Shown: positions 1 to 10,007 of the stretch, in pieces
How positions within the stretch are numbered: the stretch's first letter is position 1
Layout: every line of letters begins with the position of its first letter
Source: Myxococcota bacterium
Lineage (GTDB): Bacteria > Myxococcota_A > UBA9160 > UBA6930
Direction: 5' to 3'
DNA: 64,000 nucleotides
Assembly (NCBI GenBank): GCA_965223415.1
Contig: OZ245002.1
Coordinates: 2,272,001 to 2,336,000 of the forward strand
The notes under the pieces: model-generated
The model's database searches: none
What the model was told of the DNA's origin: nothing
The model's input: only the letters and a program-made list of their open reading frames with translations
Program-made: the position numbers and the translations under genes

Positions 1-530
<530 letters not shown>

Positions 531-550
531 CCGCTCCGGGAGAAAGAGAG

Positions 551-1471
551 ATGGGAATCCTCGACGGAAAGGTCGCCATCGTCACTGGCGCCGGGCAGGG
601 CCTCGGGCGCATCGAAGCCTTGGAGCTGGCCCGCCACGGCGCCAGTGTGGTCGTCAACGATCTCGGCACGCAGGCCGACGGCACGGGCTCGAGCGAAGAG
701 CCGGCCCGGAACGTCGTGAGGGAGATCGAGGCCCTCGGCGCCAAGGCCACTGCCGCCTTCGGGGACGTTGCCGATTGGGAGGACGCGGAGCGGATCGTCC
801 GCGCGGCCGTCGGCACCTTCGGCGATCTCAACATCATGATGAACAACGCGGGCTTCTCCCGCGACGGCATGATCGTGAAGATGACCGAGGACATGTGGGA
901 CTCGGTGATCCGGGTCCACATGAAGGGCCACTTCAACATGATCAAGCACACCATGGACTACTGGCGCGAGAAGTCGAAGGCCCAGGGGGGCGAGCCCCTC
1001 TACGGCCGGCTGATCAGCACCGCGTCGGACTCCTTCCTGATGGGCAACGTCGGCCAGCCGAACTACGCGGCGGCCAAGGCGGGCATCACCTACCTCACGA
1101 TGTCCGCGGCCCGCGAATGCCAGCGCTTCGGTGCCACCGCCAACGTGATCCTGCCCCGCGCCCGCACGCGCATGACGAACACGGGGCCCTGGGCGGCGAT
1201 CTTCGAGAAGCCGGAGGAGGGCTTCGATACCTTCTCCCCCGAGCACATCGGGCCGCTGGTCGCCTGGCTCGCCTCGCCCCAGGCCGGCCACGTCTCGGGC
1301 CACGTGCTGCAGCTCTGGGGCAAGCACATCCGGGTCTACGAGCGTCCCCAGCCGGCTCTCGACCACGAGAACGAGAACGAGTGGAGCGTCGAGGAGCTCG
1401 ACAAGGTGCTCGGCAGCTTCTTCGACGGGAAGAAGCCGATCGACGACGGGTTCCTGCTGCCGATGGCCTAG
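551..1471 (+). CDS. SDR family oxidoreductase (3-oxoacyl-ACP reductase-like)
   Basis: TGAGQGLG, VVVNDLG, NNAG, YAAAK; ATG at 551 after purine-rich RBS. Confidence 0.92.
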   Translation: MGILDGKVAIVTGAGQGLGRIEALELARHGASVVVNDLGTQADGTGSSEEPARNVVREIEALGAKATAAFGDVADWEDAERIVRAAVGTFGDLNIMMNNAGFSRDGMIVKMTEDMWDSVIRVHMKGHFNMIKHTMDYWREKSKAQGGEPLYGRLISTASDSFLMGNVGQPNYAAAKAGITYLTMSAARECQRFGATANVILPRARTRMTNTGPWAAIFEKPEEGFDTFSPEHIGPLVAWLASPQAGHVSGHVLQLWGKHIRVYERPQPALDHENENEWSVEELDKVLGSFFDGKKPIDDGFLLPMA

Positions 1472-1475
1472 CATC

Positions 1476-2501
1476 GTGCGGGTTTACGCGGCCGTCGACG
1501 ACGTCCATCTCCCGCTGACGGGCTACCCGGCCCATGCCCAGCGCGCGGAGAGGCTGGGCTTCGACGGGCTGATCGTCCCGGAGGCTGTGAACGACGGCAT
1601 CCTCGGCTCGCTGCTGGCGCTCGAGCACACCGAGCGCCTGCAGGTGCTGACCGGCGTCGTCGTCGCCTTCGCCAGGAGCCCGATGCTCCTGGCCCAGGAC
1701 GCCTGGGCGCTCGCGAAGATGAGCGGCGGTCGCTTCGGCCTCGGCCTCGGCCCCCAGGTGAAGGGCAACGTCGAGAAGCGCTTCGGCATGCCCTGGTCGG
1801 CGCCGGCCGCGCGGATGCGCGACTACGTCGGCGCCCTGCGCGCCGTCTTCGACTGCTGGCAGAACGGAACGCCGCTGCGGTACGAGAGCGAGAGCTACAC
1901 GCTCACGCGCATGCAGCCCTTTTTCAGCCCCGGCCCGATCGAGCACCCGGAAATCCCGATCGTGCTCGGCGCGATCGGGCCGAAGATGACCCGGGTCGCC
2001 GGCGAGGTAGCGGACAAGGTGGTCGCGCACCCGACGAACTCGAGCCCGGGATACCTGCGCGACGCCTTGCAGCCGGCTCTCGCCGACGGCGCCAAGGCGG
2101 CGGCGCGCGACGCGGCCGGCATCGAGATCATCGCCAACCCGATGACCGCGACCGGCGTGGACGCCGAGGCCGTCGCCGCCGAACGCGAGGCCGCCCGCGA
2201 GGTGCTCACCTTCACCTACTCGACTCCTGCCTACTGGGCGACCCTCGAGCACCACGGCTGGGGCGACGTTGGGCGCCAGCTCCTCGAGAAGACCCGGAGT
2301 GGAGACTGGGCCGGCATGAACGGGCTTGTGACCAACGAGATGCTCGACGTGCTCGTGCCGTCGGCGCCCTACGACGAGATCGCGGCGACGCTCCGCGAGC
2401 GCTACGCGGGCGCGGCCTCTGCGATCAGCCTGCGCATGCCGCGGGACCCGGCCGACGACGCGCGCTTCGCCGGGGTGGTGGCGACCTTGCGGGAAGGCTA
2501 G
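1476..2501 (+). CDS. LLM-class, probably F420-dependent oxidoreductase (TIGR03617-like)
   Basis: VAFARSPM, GRFGLGLGPQVK, YSTPAY motifs. Confidence 0.85.
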   Translation: MRVYAAVDDVHLPLTGYPAHAQRAERLGFDGLIVPEAVNDGILGSLLALEHTERLQVLTGVVVAFARSPMLLAQDAWALAKMSGGRFGLGLGPQVKGNVEKRFGMPWSAPAARMRDYVGALRAVFDCWQNGTPLRYESESYTLTRMQPFFSPGPIEHPEIPIVLGAIGPKMTRVAGEVADKVVAHPTNSSPGYLRDALQPALADGAKAAARDAAGIEIIANPMTATGVDAEAVAAEREAAREVLTFTYSTPAYWATLEHHGWGDVGRQLLEKTRSGDWAGMNGLVTNEMLDVLVPSAPYDEIAATLRERYAGAASAISLRMPRDPADDARFAGVVATLREG

Positions 2502-3079
2502 GCGTTCGGAACCGCCTCGAGGAAGCGCTCGAGGTTTGCCCAGAGCTCGTCGCTCTCCAGGTGGAAATCCGCCGAAAAGACCACGAGGGCGGCCCGGTGC
2601 TCGTCGAAATCCCGGGTGAGCAGGTATTCGGTCGCGCTTCTCTCCATGCCGTGGCGATCGGTCAGGTCGATCTCGTACGCCTCGAAGGTCTCCGGCTGCG
2701 CACCGACCTGGAAATCGATCTCGCCGATGTTCCGTGCCTGGAACGCCTGCATCCCCATGCCCTCGCGCATGATCCGTTCGAGGAGCGCCTGGATCTTGAA
2801 GCGCGGATAGGCCTCCGGCAGCTCGAGGAGGTAGACCGACAGCCGCTGCTCGACGTCGCCGGCCGCTTCGAGGCAGGTGAACTGGATCATCCGGAACGCG
2901 CCCGTGTAGCCGACGGTGGGTACGAAGCACTCGCCCCCCGCGATGCCCGGCCAGGCGCGCTCGGCCATCGGGCCTAGCCGGTGCGTCCCGGTGACGGGAA
3001 GGATCGGGCCGCTGATCTCCTTGGCTCCGGAGCCGCAGCCCAGGGCGAGGAGCAGCGGGATCGTGGCGAAAGAGCGCAT
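2498..3079 (-). CDS. Hypothetical lipoprotein
   Basis: MRSFATIPLLLALGC lipobox-like N-terminus; convergent 4-bp overlap with LLM gene. Confidence 0.6.
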   Translation of the reverse strand: MRSFATIPLLLALGCGSGAKEISGPILPVTGTHRLGPMAERAWPGIAGGECFVPTVGYTGAFRMIQFTCLEAAGDVEQRLSVYLLELPEAYPRFKIQALLERIMREGMGMQAFQARNIGEIDFQVGAQPETFEAYEIDLTDRHGMERSATEYLLTRDFDEHRAALVVFSADFHLESDELWANLERFLEAVPNA

Positions 3080-3194
3080 GGGTCTCGTATCGGCGCGCCA
3101 GTCCTCGGGGCTGAGCGGGTGCGGCACCCGGGTCCGTCGGCCGCCGGTGCCAGAGCGGCTTGCGCCGCCCCGGCGGCCGTGGTTGAGTGCAGCG

Positions 3195-4445
3195 ATGGCA
3201 CGCCCGTCCCGGCTGCTCGCGGCTTCGCTCGTCCTGGGCCTGTGCGCCGCCCCCACCCACGCCGATCTCCCCGTCGAGCCCACTGGTCGCGTGCTCACCC
3301 TTCCCGCACCGAGCTCCCACTGGGCCTGGGTCGGCGACCCGGTGCTGCGCCGCTCGACCCTCGTCGATCTCGAGAGCGGTCGCATGCTGGGGATGCTCTC
3401 GGCCGGCTTCGGACCGGTCATGCCGCTCACCGCCCTGGGCCGCGGCGAGGTGTACGTCCCCGAGACCCACTACTCCCGCGGCAGCCGCGGCGAGCGCACG
3501 GACGTGCTCACGATCTACGACGCCACCACACTCGGGCCCGTCGGCGAGGTGGTACTCCCGCCGAAGCGCGCGATCAGCGCCGTGCCCGGCCATCACGCCG
3601 CCCTCACCGATGACGAGCGCTTCGCGGTGGTCTTCAATCTGACCCCGGCCCAGTCCATCAGCGTGGTGGACGTGGCCGAGCGGCGCCTGGCCGGGGAGAT
3701 CGCGACGCCGGGCTGCAGCCTCGTCTACCCAGCAGGCCCGCGGCGCATCGCCATGCTCTGTCTCGACGGCGCCCTCCTGCTGGTGACCCTCGACGAGCGG
3801 GGTGCCGAGGCCGCTCGCCTGCGCACGGAGCCGTTCTTCGATCCGGAGGCGGACCCGATCACGGAGAAGGGCGTTCGTGTCGGCGATCGCTGGCTCTTCG
3901 CCTCCTTCGACGGCTGGCTGTACGAGGTCGACTTCTCCGGCGCCGAGCCCGCCTTCTCCGAGCCCTGGTCGTTGCTGACCGGCGGCGAGAGAGCCGACGA
4001 CTGGAAGGTGGGCGGCACCCAGCACCTGGCCGTGCACCAAGAGAGCGGCCGCCTCTTCTCCCTCTTCCATCAGGGCGGGCTGGATTCGCACAAGGACCCG
4101 GGCAGCGAAATCTGGGTGTACGACCTGGCGAGCCGGGAGCGCGTGCAACGCATCGAGGTGAAGAGTCCGGGCGTCACGGTGATGGGGGTGCCGATCGAGG
4201 CGCCCGAGAGCTGGATCTGGCCCTTCGGCGCGATGGCGAACGGGATGATCGGCGCAGTCGGTGCGGGCATGGGCACCGACGAGATCCGGGTGACCCGCGG
4301 CGAGGATCCGCTGCTGGTCGGCGCGTCCAACTTCACCGGCGGCCTCGCCCTCTACGATGTGGCGACCGGCACGTTCCTGCGCCGCATCTACACCGGCAAC
4401 ATGACCAACATGGGAGTGCTCGCGCCGTTCGGGGGCGCCCGATGA
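3195..4445 (+). CDS. mauB: Amine dehydrogenase large (beta-propeller) subunit, MauB/AauB family
   Basis: Signal peptide; ETHYSRGSRGERTD, FNLTPAQSISVVD, PGC, HKDPGSEIWVYD motifs; followed by mauE/D/A. Confidence 0.9.
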   Translation: MARPSRLLAASLVLGLCAAPTHADLPVEPTGRVLTLPAPSSHWAWVGDPVLRRSTLVDLESGRMLGMLSAGFGPVMPLTALGRGEVYVPETHYSRGSRGERTDVLTIYDATTLGPVGEVVLPPKRAISAVPGHHAALTDDERFAVVFNLTPAQSISVVDVAERRLAGEIATPGCSLVYPAGPRRIAMLCLDGALLLVTLDERGAEAARLRTEPFFDPEADPITEKGVRVGDRWLFASFDGWLYEVDFSGAEPAFSEPWSLLTGGERADDWKVGGTQHLAVHQESGRLFSLFHQGGLDSHKDPGSEIWVYDLASRERVQRIEVKSPGVTVMGVPIEAPESWIWPFGAMANGMIGAVGAGMGTDEIRVTRGEDPLLVGASNFTGGLALYDVATGTFLRRIYTGNMTNMGVLAPFGGAR

Positions 4446-4975
4446 GCGTCGATCCGCTGGTCCACCACCTTCTGCAGCTCGCTGGCGCGCTGCTCTTCGC
4501 CTCGGCGGCGCTGCACAAGCTGCGCGATCCGGCGGCCTTCCGCTCGGCGCTGGCTGGCTACCGGCTACTTCCGGACGCGCTGGTTCCGGCCACGGCTCGC
4601 GGGCTCCCGGCGGCGGAGCTCGGGGTCGCGGCGGCCCTGCTCGTTCCGGCGCTCACGCCGGTGGGGGCTGCCGCCGGTGCGGCGATGCTGGCACTGTACG
4701 CCGCCGCCGTGGCGATCAACCTCCTGCGCGGGCGGCGCGAGATCGATTGCGGCTGCGGGGGTGTCGGTGGCTCGCGCCCGCTCGGCGCCTCCCTCGTCGC
4801 GCGAAACGTGCTGCTCGTGCTCGCCCTGTCCGCGCTCTTCGCTCCCGTCGTCGAGCGCCCCTTCTCGCCGCTCGACGTCTGGGTCCTGGGCCTGGCCACC
4901 GGTACGTTCGCCCTGCTCTACGCCGCCGTCGACGTCGCCCTCGCCAACGCCGCCCGGCAGCGGGAGGCCTTCTGA
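4442..4975 (+). CDS. mauE: Methylamine utilization membrane protein MauE
   Basis: Hydrophobic; NLLRGRREIDCGCGG and ARN motifs; ATGA overlap with mauB. Confidence 0.9.
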   Translation: MSVDPLVHHLLQLAGALLFASAALHKLRDPAAFRSALAGYRLLPDALVPATARGLPAAELGVAAALLVPALTPVGAAAGAAMLALYAAAVAINLLRGRREIDCGCGGVGGSRPLGASLVARNVLLVLALSALFAPVVERPFSPLDVWVLGLATGTFALLYAAVDVALANAARQREAF

Positions 4976-5589
4976 TGGATCCGCTGGTCGCCTCGAACGC
5001 GGTGCTGTGGGTGCTGGTGCTCGCGCTGGCGGGCGTCGTGCTCGCCCTGCTGCGGCAGGTCGGCGTGCTGCATGAGCGCATCGCACCGGCGGGCGCGCTC
5101 GTCGGAAGCGAGCGTCCCGCGGTCGGGGAGGAGGCGCCGGTCCTCGAGCTCACGGACTGGAACGGTGAGATCCTCCGGCTCGGCGGCGCGGCCCCGGACG
5201 GCGCCGACACGCTGCTCTTCTTCGTCTCGCCGACCTGCCCGGTGTGCAAGAGCCTGCTGCCTGTGGTGCGCTCGGTGCGGGATGCCGAGAAGCTCCGCCT
5301 CGTCGTGGCCAGCGACGGCGAGCGCGAGGAGCACGCGCCCTTCGCCCTGGCCCACGGGCTGGCGCAGGAGCGCTACGTGCTCTCGGCCCCGCTCGGTCTC
5401 GCCTATCAGGTGGGCCGACTGCCCTACGCCGTGCTGATCGGCGCCGACGGCGTGGTGAAGGCGCGGGGGCTCGTGAACCAGCGCGAGCACGTGGAGAGCT
5501 TGCTCGAGGCCCGCGACCGCGGCGTGGCCTCGCTCCAGGAATTTCGGAAGGAAGCGCGCAATGGCACCCATCGACGACTGGTTCGCTGA
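4975..5589 (+). CDS. mauD: Methylamine dehydrogenase accessory thioredoxin-like protein MauD
   Basis: LRQVGVLHERIAPAGAL, SPTCPVCK, GLVN..EHVESL motifs. Confidence 0.92.
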   Translation: MDPLVASNAVLWVLVLALAGVVLALLRQVGVLHERIAPAGALVGSERPAVGEEAPVLELTDWNGEILRLGGAAPDGADTLLFFVSPTCPVCKSLLPVVRSVRDAEKLRLVVASDGEREEHAPFALAHGLAQERYVLSAPLGLAYQVGRLPYAVLIGADGVVKARGLVNQREHVESLLEARDRGVASLQEFRKEARNGTHRRLVR

Positions 5590-6094
5590 GCTCAGCCGCA
5601 AGGTCGCGCGGCGCACCTCGCGTCGCGGCTTCCTGGCGGGCCTCGGCGCGGCCCTGGTCGGCGGTGGAGCCGCGCTGCCGGTCGCCCGCGCCGGCGCCCA
5701 GGAGCGGGAGGCCGCACCCGGCGAGCCTTCCTTGGATGTTCCCGAGGGCGACCCGGAGGCCTGCACCTACTGGCGCTACTGCGCCGTCGACGGCTTCCTG
5801 GCCAGCTGCTGCGGCGGCAGCCACACGGCCTGCCCGCCCGGCACCGAGATGTCGCCGATCACCTGGCTCGGCACCTGCCGCAACCCGGAGGACGGCAAGG
5901 AGTACGTGATCTCCTACAACGACTGCTGCGGCAAGGAGACCTGCGGCCGCTGCTTCTGCCGCCGCACCGAAGGCGACAAGCCCATCTACTACACCCACAA
6001 GAACAACGACATCGACTGGTGCATGGGGACGTCGAGCGTGATCTACAACTCGACGGTGGCGATCGTGGTCGGGGTCTCGACCAAGAAGGGATGA
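5561..6094 (+). CDS. mauA: TTQ amine dehydrogenase small subunit, MauA/AauA family
   Basis: Tat signal SRRGFL; CTYWRYCAVDG, CPPGT, both TTQ Trp (ITWLGTC, NDIDWC), YNDCC. Confidence 0.95.
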   Translation: MAPIDDWFAELSRKVARRTSRRGFLAGLGAALVGGGAALPVARAGAQEREAAPGEPSLDVPEGDPEACTYWRYCAVDGFLASCCGGSHTACPPGTEMSPITWLGTCRNPEDGKEYVISYNDCCGKETCGRCFCRRTEGDKPIYYTHKNNDIDWCMGTSSVIYNSTVAIVVGVSTKKG

Positions 6095-6519
6095 GGGCGG
6101 CCCTTCCCCTCGTCGTCCTGCTGCTCGCCGGCCTCGCGGGGGTCGCCTCGGCCGAATCGACCAACCCGCCGGCGATCGACTACATGCTCCAGTGTCAGGG
6201 CTGCCACCTGGCCGATGGCAGCGGCGCACCGGACCGGGGGGTTCCCGTGCTGAAAGGCTCGGTGGCGCGCTTCACGGCCGTGCCCGGGGGCCGCGAGTAC
6301 CTGGTGCGGGTGCCGGGCGCCTCGGGCTCGCCGCTCTCGGACGCGGAGCTCGCCGCGGTGCTCAACTGGATGGTCGTCTACTTCGGCCCGGCAGAGCAGG
6401 CCCGGGCCTTCGCGCCCTACACCGAGGAGGAGGTGGCCGCAGTGAGGCGGCCGCCCTACGCGAAGGTGGAGGAGCTGCGCCGGACGCTCCTGGAGCGCTT
6501 CGAGGCCGATCGCCGCTAG
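6091..6519 (+). CDS. Periplasmic monoheme cytochrome c
   Basis: Signal peptide, CQGCH heme motif; ATGA overlap with mauA. Confidence 0.88.
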   Translation: MRAALPLVVLLLAGLAGVASAESTNPPAIDYMLQCQGCHLADGSGAPDRGVPVLKGSVARFTAVPGGREYLVRVPGASGSPLSDAELAAVLNWMVVYFGPAEQARAFAPYTEEEVAAVRRPPYAKVEELRRTLLERFEADRR

Positions 6520-6528
6520 TCTCTCGCC

Positions 6529-7737
6529 ATGGCTACCTGGCTCCGTCAGCAGCTCGGTCGCCGGCCGGGCTGGATGAACCTCCTGATGTTGTTCTGCGCC
6601 TACATGGCGCTGGTCTACGTGCCCTGGGACCTGTTCGTGAAGCCCGCCGCCCTCGACGAGGAGGTGTGGTTCGGCGTGCGCTTCCACGGCGCCTGGGCCA
6701 AGGCGACGGCGGTTCCCCATTGGCTCGTGTACGCCGCCGGACTGGTCGGCTTCTGGGGGATGCGCTCCTGGATGTGGCCGTGGGCGGCGGTCTACGCGGC
6801 GCAGGTCGCCCTCTCGATGTTGATCTGGCCCATGCTCTACACGGAAGGCGCTTCCTCGGTGCTGGTCGGGGTCGTGGCGGGGGCGATCTTCCTGCTGCCG
6901 ACGCTCGGTCTGTGGAACGCCCGCGAGCTCTTCGAGGGCTCGCGTCCGTCGCTCCGCGAGCGCTACGGGGAATGGGCGCTCGTGACCGGCGCGTCCGCCG
7001 GGATCGGCGTGGAGTTCGCCCGCGCCCTCGCCCGGGACGGGGTCTCCTGCGTGCTCGCGGCCCGTCGCGAGGATCGCCTGAAGGAGCTGGGCGAGGAGCT
7101 GGCCCGGGATCACGGCGTCGCCGTTCGAACCGTCCCGGTGGATCTCGCCACGGCCACGGGCGTCGAGCTCCTGCTCTCCCAGGTGGCGGATCTCGAGATT
7201 GGCATCCTCGTGAACAACGCCGGCGTCGGCTACTCCGGGCGCTTCGACAAGCAGGAGCGCGACCGCCTCCAGCAGATGGTGCAGCTGAACTGCGCCGCGC
7301 CGGTCGCGCTCACGGCCGAGCTGCTGCCGGCCATGCGCGAGCGCGGCCGCGGCGCGGTCGTCTTCACCGGCTCCGTCGCCGGCTCCCAGCCGCTCCCCCT
7401 CCACGCCCTCTACAGCGCCACCAAGGTCTTCGACAACTTCCTCGCCGAAGGCCTGTGGGGCGAGCTCCAGGGAACCGGCGTCGACGTCCTCGCCCTCCAG
7501 CCGGGCTCGACCGAGACCGAGTTCATGGAGGTCGCCGGGGAGATCCCCCACGCCGGCGAGCCCGCGGACCGCGTCGTCGCGGTCGCGCTCGATGCCCTCG
7601 GCCGCCAGCCCTCGGTGATCTCCGGCTGGTTCAACTGGCTCCGGGCGAACGCCGCCTTCCGGCTGCTTCCCCGCAGCTGGCTGGCGCTGATCGCGAAGGG
7701 CGTGATGGAGAAACAGACGCCCGAAGAGATGCGATAG
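6529..7737 (+). CDS. N-terminal membrane domain fused to SDR oxidoreductase
   Basis: About four hydrophobic helices, then TGASAGIG, NNAG, YSATK. Confidence 0.85.
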   Translation: MATWLRQQLGRRPGWMNLLMLFCAYMALVYVPWDLFVKPAALDEEVWFGVRFHGAWAKATAVPHWLVYAAGLVGFWGMRSWMWPWAAVYAAQVALSMLIWPMLYTEGASSVLVGVVAGAIFLLPTLGLWNARELFEGSRPSLRERYGEWALVTGASAGIGVEFARALARDGVSCVLAARREDRLKELGEELARDHGVAVRTVPVDLATATGVELLLSQVADLEIGILVNNAGVGYSGRFDKQERDRLQQMVQLNCAAPVALTAELLPAMRERGRGAVVFTGSVAGSQPLPLHALYSATKVFDNFLAEGLWGELQGTGVDVLALQPGSTETEFMEVAGEIPHAGEPADRVVAVALDALGRQPSVISGWFNWLRANAAFRLLPRSWLALIAKGVMEKQTPEEMR

Positions 7738-7744
7738 GTCCGCC

Positions 7745-9292
7745 TTGGCCGAGCGCGCTCCCTCGCCCCTGCGGCCCGTCGTGGCCTTCTTCGCCGCCCT
7801 TACGCTGGTGTCGCTGCTGCTCTTCCTGGTGATCCTCGTCGCCGAGGGCGCCCTCGAGCTCGTCCTTCACCCCCTCGAGTGGCTGGCGCGCCTCGAGGCG
7901 AACGCCGCCCTCGACACCCTCTCCAACGCCGCCGAGGTGGTGGCCGGCGTGCTGGCCATCGCCATCACCGTGGTCGCGATCGTCATGGAGCTGGCCGCGA
8001 CCCGCTACACGCACCGCATCACCCAGCTCTTCATCCGCGAGCCGACCAACATCGCGGTGATGACCCTCTTCGTGATCACCACGATCCAGTGCCTCTGGAC
8101 CGGCGCCACCTTCGGCGGGCAGCTCTCCGGCGGCGACGAGTGGAGCTACGCCGGGCTCGTGATCTCCATGGGTCTCGTCACCCTGTGCCTGCTGGTGCTG
8201 CTCCCCTACTTCGCGTTCGTCTTCTTCTTCCTCTCGCCTCCGAACGTGATCACGCACCTGCGGGACGGCGCCCTGCGCTCCATCGAGAAGGCGAGCGATT
8301 CGCGGCTGCCCGTTCGGCGCGCCCAGGTGGTCGAGGCCGTCGACGAGCTGGAGGACGTGGCCCGCGGCGCGATGAGTCACGGGGATCGCGGCATCGGCAT
8401 GGCCGCCGTGGACGCCCTCGGCGGGCTGGTGCGACGCTATGCGACCCGCAAGGAGGGGCTCCCGGGCGCGTGGTTCGTCCCCGACGACGCGGTGAGCAAG
8501 GATCCGGACTTCGTCTCCCTCGCGACCTCGTCCCTCGACGAGATCCGCAACGAGCACAGCTGGCTCGAGTTCAAGGTGCTGCGTCAGCTTCACGGCCTCT
8601 ACGTCCGCGCCCTCGAGGAGGCGCGGGAGCTGTGCGACCGCATCGCCCTCGAGGTGTGCCGGGTCGGCGAGACGGCGCTGCACGGCGGCGACGCGGGCGC
8701 GATCGCCCAGGTGGTGCGCGCCTTCAACAGCCTGCTGCGGGCTGCGGTGAACGCCGGGGACCTGCGCTCCGCCTACTTCGTGCTCGACCAGTACCGGAGC
8801 TTCGCGGGCATCGCCCAGGAGCTGGGGCGCCACGAGACGGTCGTCGAGGTGGCGGACCATCTGGTCGAGTACGGGCGGCTGGGCCAGGACCGCGGCCAGG
8901 CTTTCCTGCTCGAGATCGCCGCCTACGACCTGGTGCAGCTGGTCCAGCAGGCGGCGGAGCGGGCGCCGGATCGGGTCGCGCCGTTGCTCGGCCGGCTCTT
9001 GGCGGTGGACGAGGTGGCCGGCCGCCAGGCCGGCAAGCTGCGCGGCGTGCGGCGGGCCCAGGCCCAGCTCGGCGTCTTCTTCCTCGCCCGGGGCGAAGGC
9101 CAGCACGCGGCGGCGATCCAGCGCGACATGGCCCGCGAATCGCCGGAGCTGCTGGCGGGCATCCAGCGGGAGCTCGCCCTGGAGACCCGGGACCAGTACT
9201 GGGAGTTCACCGATCGCGGCGTCAACTTCGGCTACCTGCGGCCCGAGGAGCGTGCCCAGCTCGACACCTTCTTCGCGGCCATCCCGGTCTAG
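7745..9292 (+). CDS. Membrane protein, DUF2254-like N-terminus with helical C-terminal domain
   Basis: ELAATRYT after TM helix; four TM segments; start codon uncertain. Confidence 0.65.
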   Translation: MAERAPSPLRPVVAFFAALTLVSLLLFLVILVAEGALELVLHPLEWLARLEANAALDTLSNAAEVVAGVLAIAITVVAIVMELAATRYTHRITQLFIREPTNIAVMTLFVITTIQCLWTGATFGGQLSGGDEWSYAGLVISMGLVTLCLLVLLPYFAFVFFFLSPPNVITHLRDGALRSIEKASDSRLPVRRAQVVEAVDELEDVARGAMSHGDRGIGMAAVDALGGLVRRYATRKEGLPGAWFVPDDAVSKDPDFVSLATSSLDEIRNEHSWLEFKVLRQLHGLYVRALEEARELCDRIALEVCRVGETALHGGDAGAIAQVVRAFNSLLRAAVNAGDLRSAYFVLDQYRSFAGIAQELGRHETVVEVADHLVEYGRLGQDRGQAFLLEIAAYDLVQLVQQAAERAPDRVAPLLGRLLAVDEVAGRQAGKLRGVRRAQAQLGVFFLARGEGQHAAAIQRDMARESPELLAGIQRELALETRDQYWEFTDRGVNFGYLRPEERAQLDTFFAAIPV

Positions 9293-9332
9293 GGTCGAGT
9301 CTTAACTACCTGTTTTTGTTTCGGTTTTCGGG

Positions 9333-9361
9333 TGGACAACCGAAATGAAACGTGTTCTAAT
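9333..9361 (+). promoter_or_regulatory. Sigma70-like promoter (TGGACA-17-TCTAAT) overlapped by KstR operator TGAAACGTGTTCTA (9346-9359)
   Basis: Exact match to TnnAACnnGTTnnA directly upstream of a KstR-like gene. Confidence 0.8.
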
Positions 9362-9368
9362 TCAGGCC

Positions 9369-10007
9369 GTGAGCCAGCCCCTCGAAGCGCCTGCGGCCAC
9401 CGGTCTGGCGGCCAGCCAGCTCCGCCGCATCCGCCGCATCGTCGACGCCGCCATCGAGCTGGCAGAGCAGGGCGGCTTCGACGGCGTGCGGCTGCGGGAC
9501 GTGGCCGAGAGCTCCGGCGTCGCCCTTGGCACCCTCTACAAGTACTTCCCGAGCAAGGAGGCGATCCTTCTCTACGCCGTCAACGAGGGCAACGAGGGGC
9601 TCGAGCGCCTGATGGTGGAGGAGCCGCCGCGGGGCGAAACCGCCGCGGAACGGGTCGCCGACTTCTTCGCGCGCGCCACGGGCACCTTCACGCGCCGGCC
9701 GAACTTCGCGCGGGCCGTCCTGCGCGCCATCGCCGCCTCGGACCAGGCGACCGCCGCCCAGCAGGCGGGCTTTCATCTTCGCATCGGACGGATGATCATC
9801 TCCGCGCTGCGCGGCGAGGCGCCTGACGTCTCGCGGCCGCTCAGCGAGACCATCGGCAGCGAGCGCGAGCAATCCATCGCCCTGATGCTGAACCACGTCT
9901 GGTTCGCGGCGCTGCTCGGCTGGTCGAGCGGGCTGCACAGCGCCGAGGCGGTCGCCGACCGCATGACCCAGGCCATCGATTTGATGCTCGGAGGAACCGC
10001 CCCATGA
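9369..10007 (+). CDS. kstR: TetR-family repressor, KstR-like
   Basis: HTH RDVAESSGVALGTLYKYFPSK and KstR-like C-terminus (HVWFAALLGW); GTG 9369 preferred because ATG 9345 lies in the operator. Confidence 0.82.
   Translation: MSQPLEAPAATGLAASQLRRIRRIVDAAIELAEQGGFDGVRLRDVAESSGVALGTLYKYFPSKEAILLYAVNEGNEGLERLMVEEPPRGETAAERVADFFARATGTFTRRPNFARAVLRAIAASDQATAAQQAGFHLRIGRMIISALRGEAPDVSRPLSETIGSEREQSIALMLNHVWFAALLGWSSGLHSAEAVADRMTQAIDLMLGGTAP

Noticed and set aside
9345..9368. ATG 9345 as the kstR start
   Set aside because: It lies within the operator and promoter; GTG 9369 fits a leaderless start better, though unproven.
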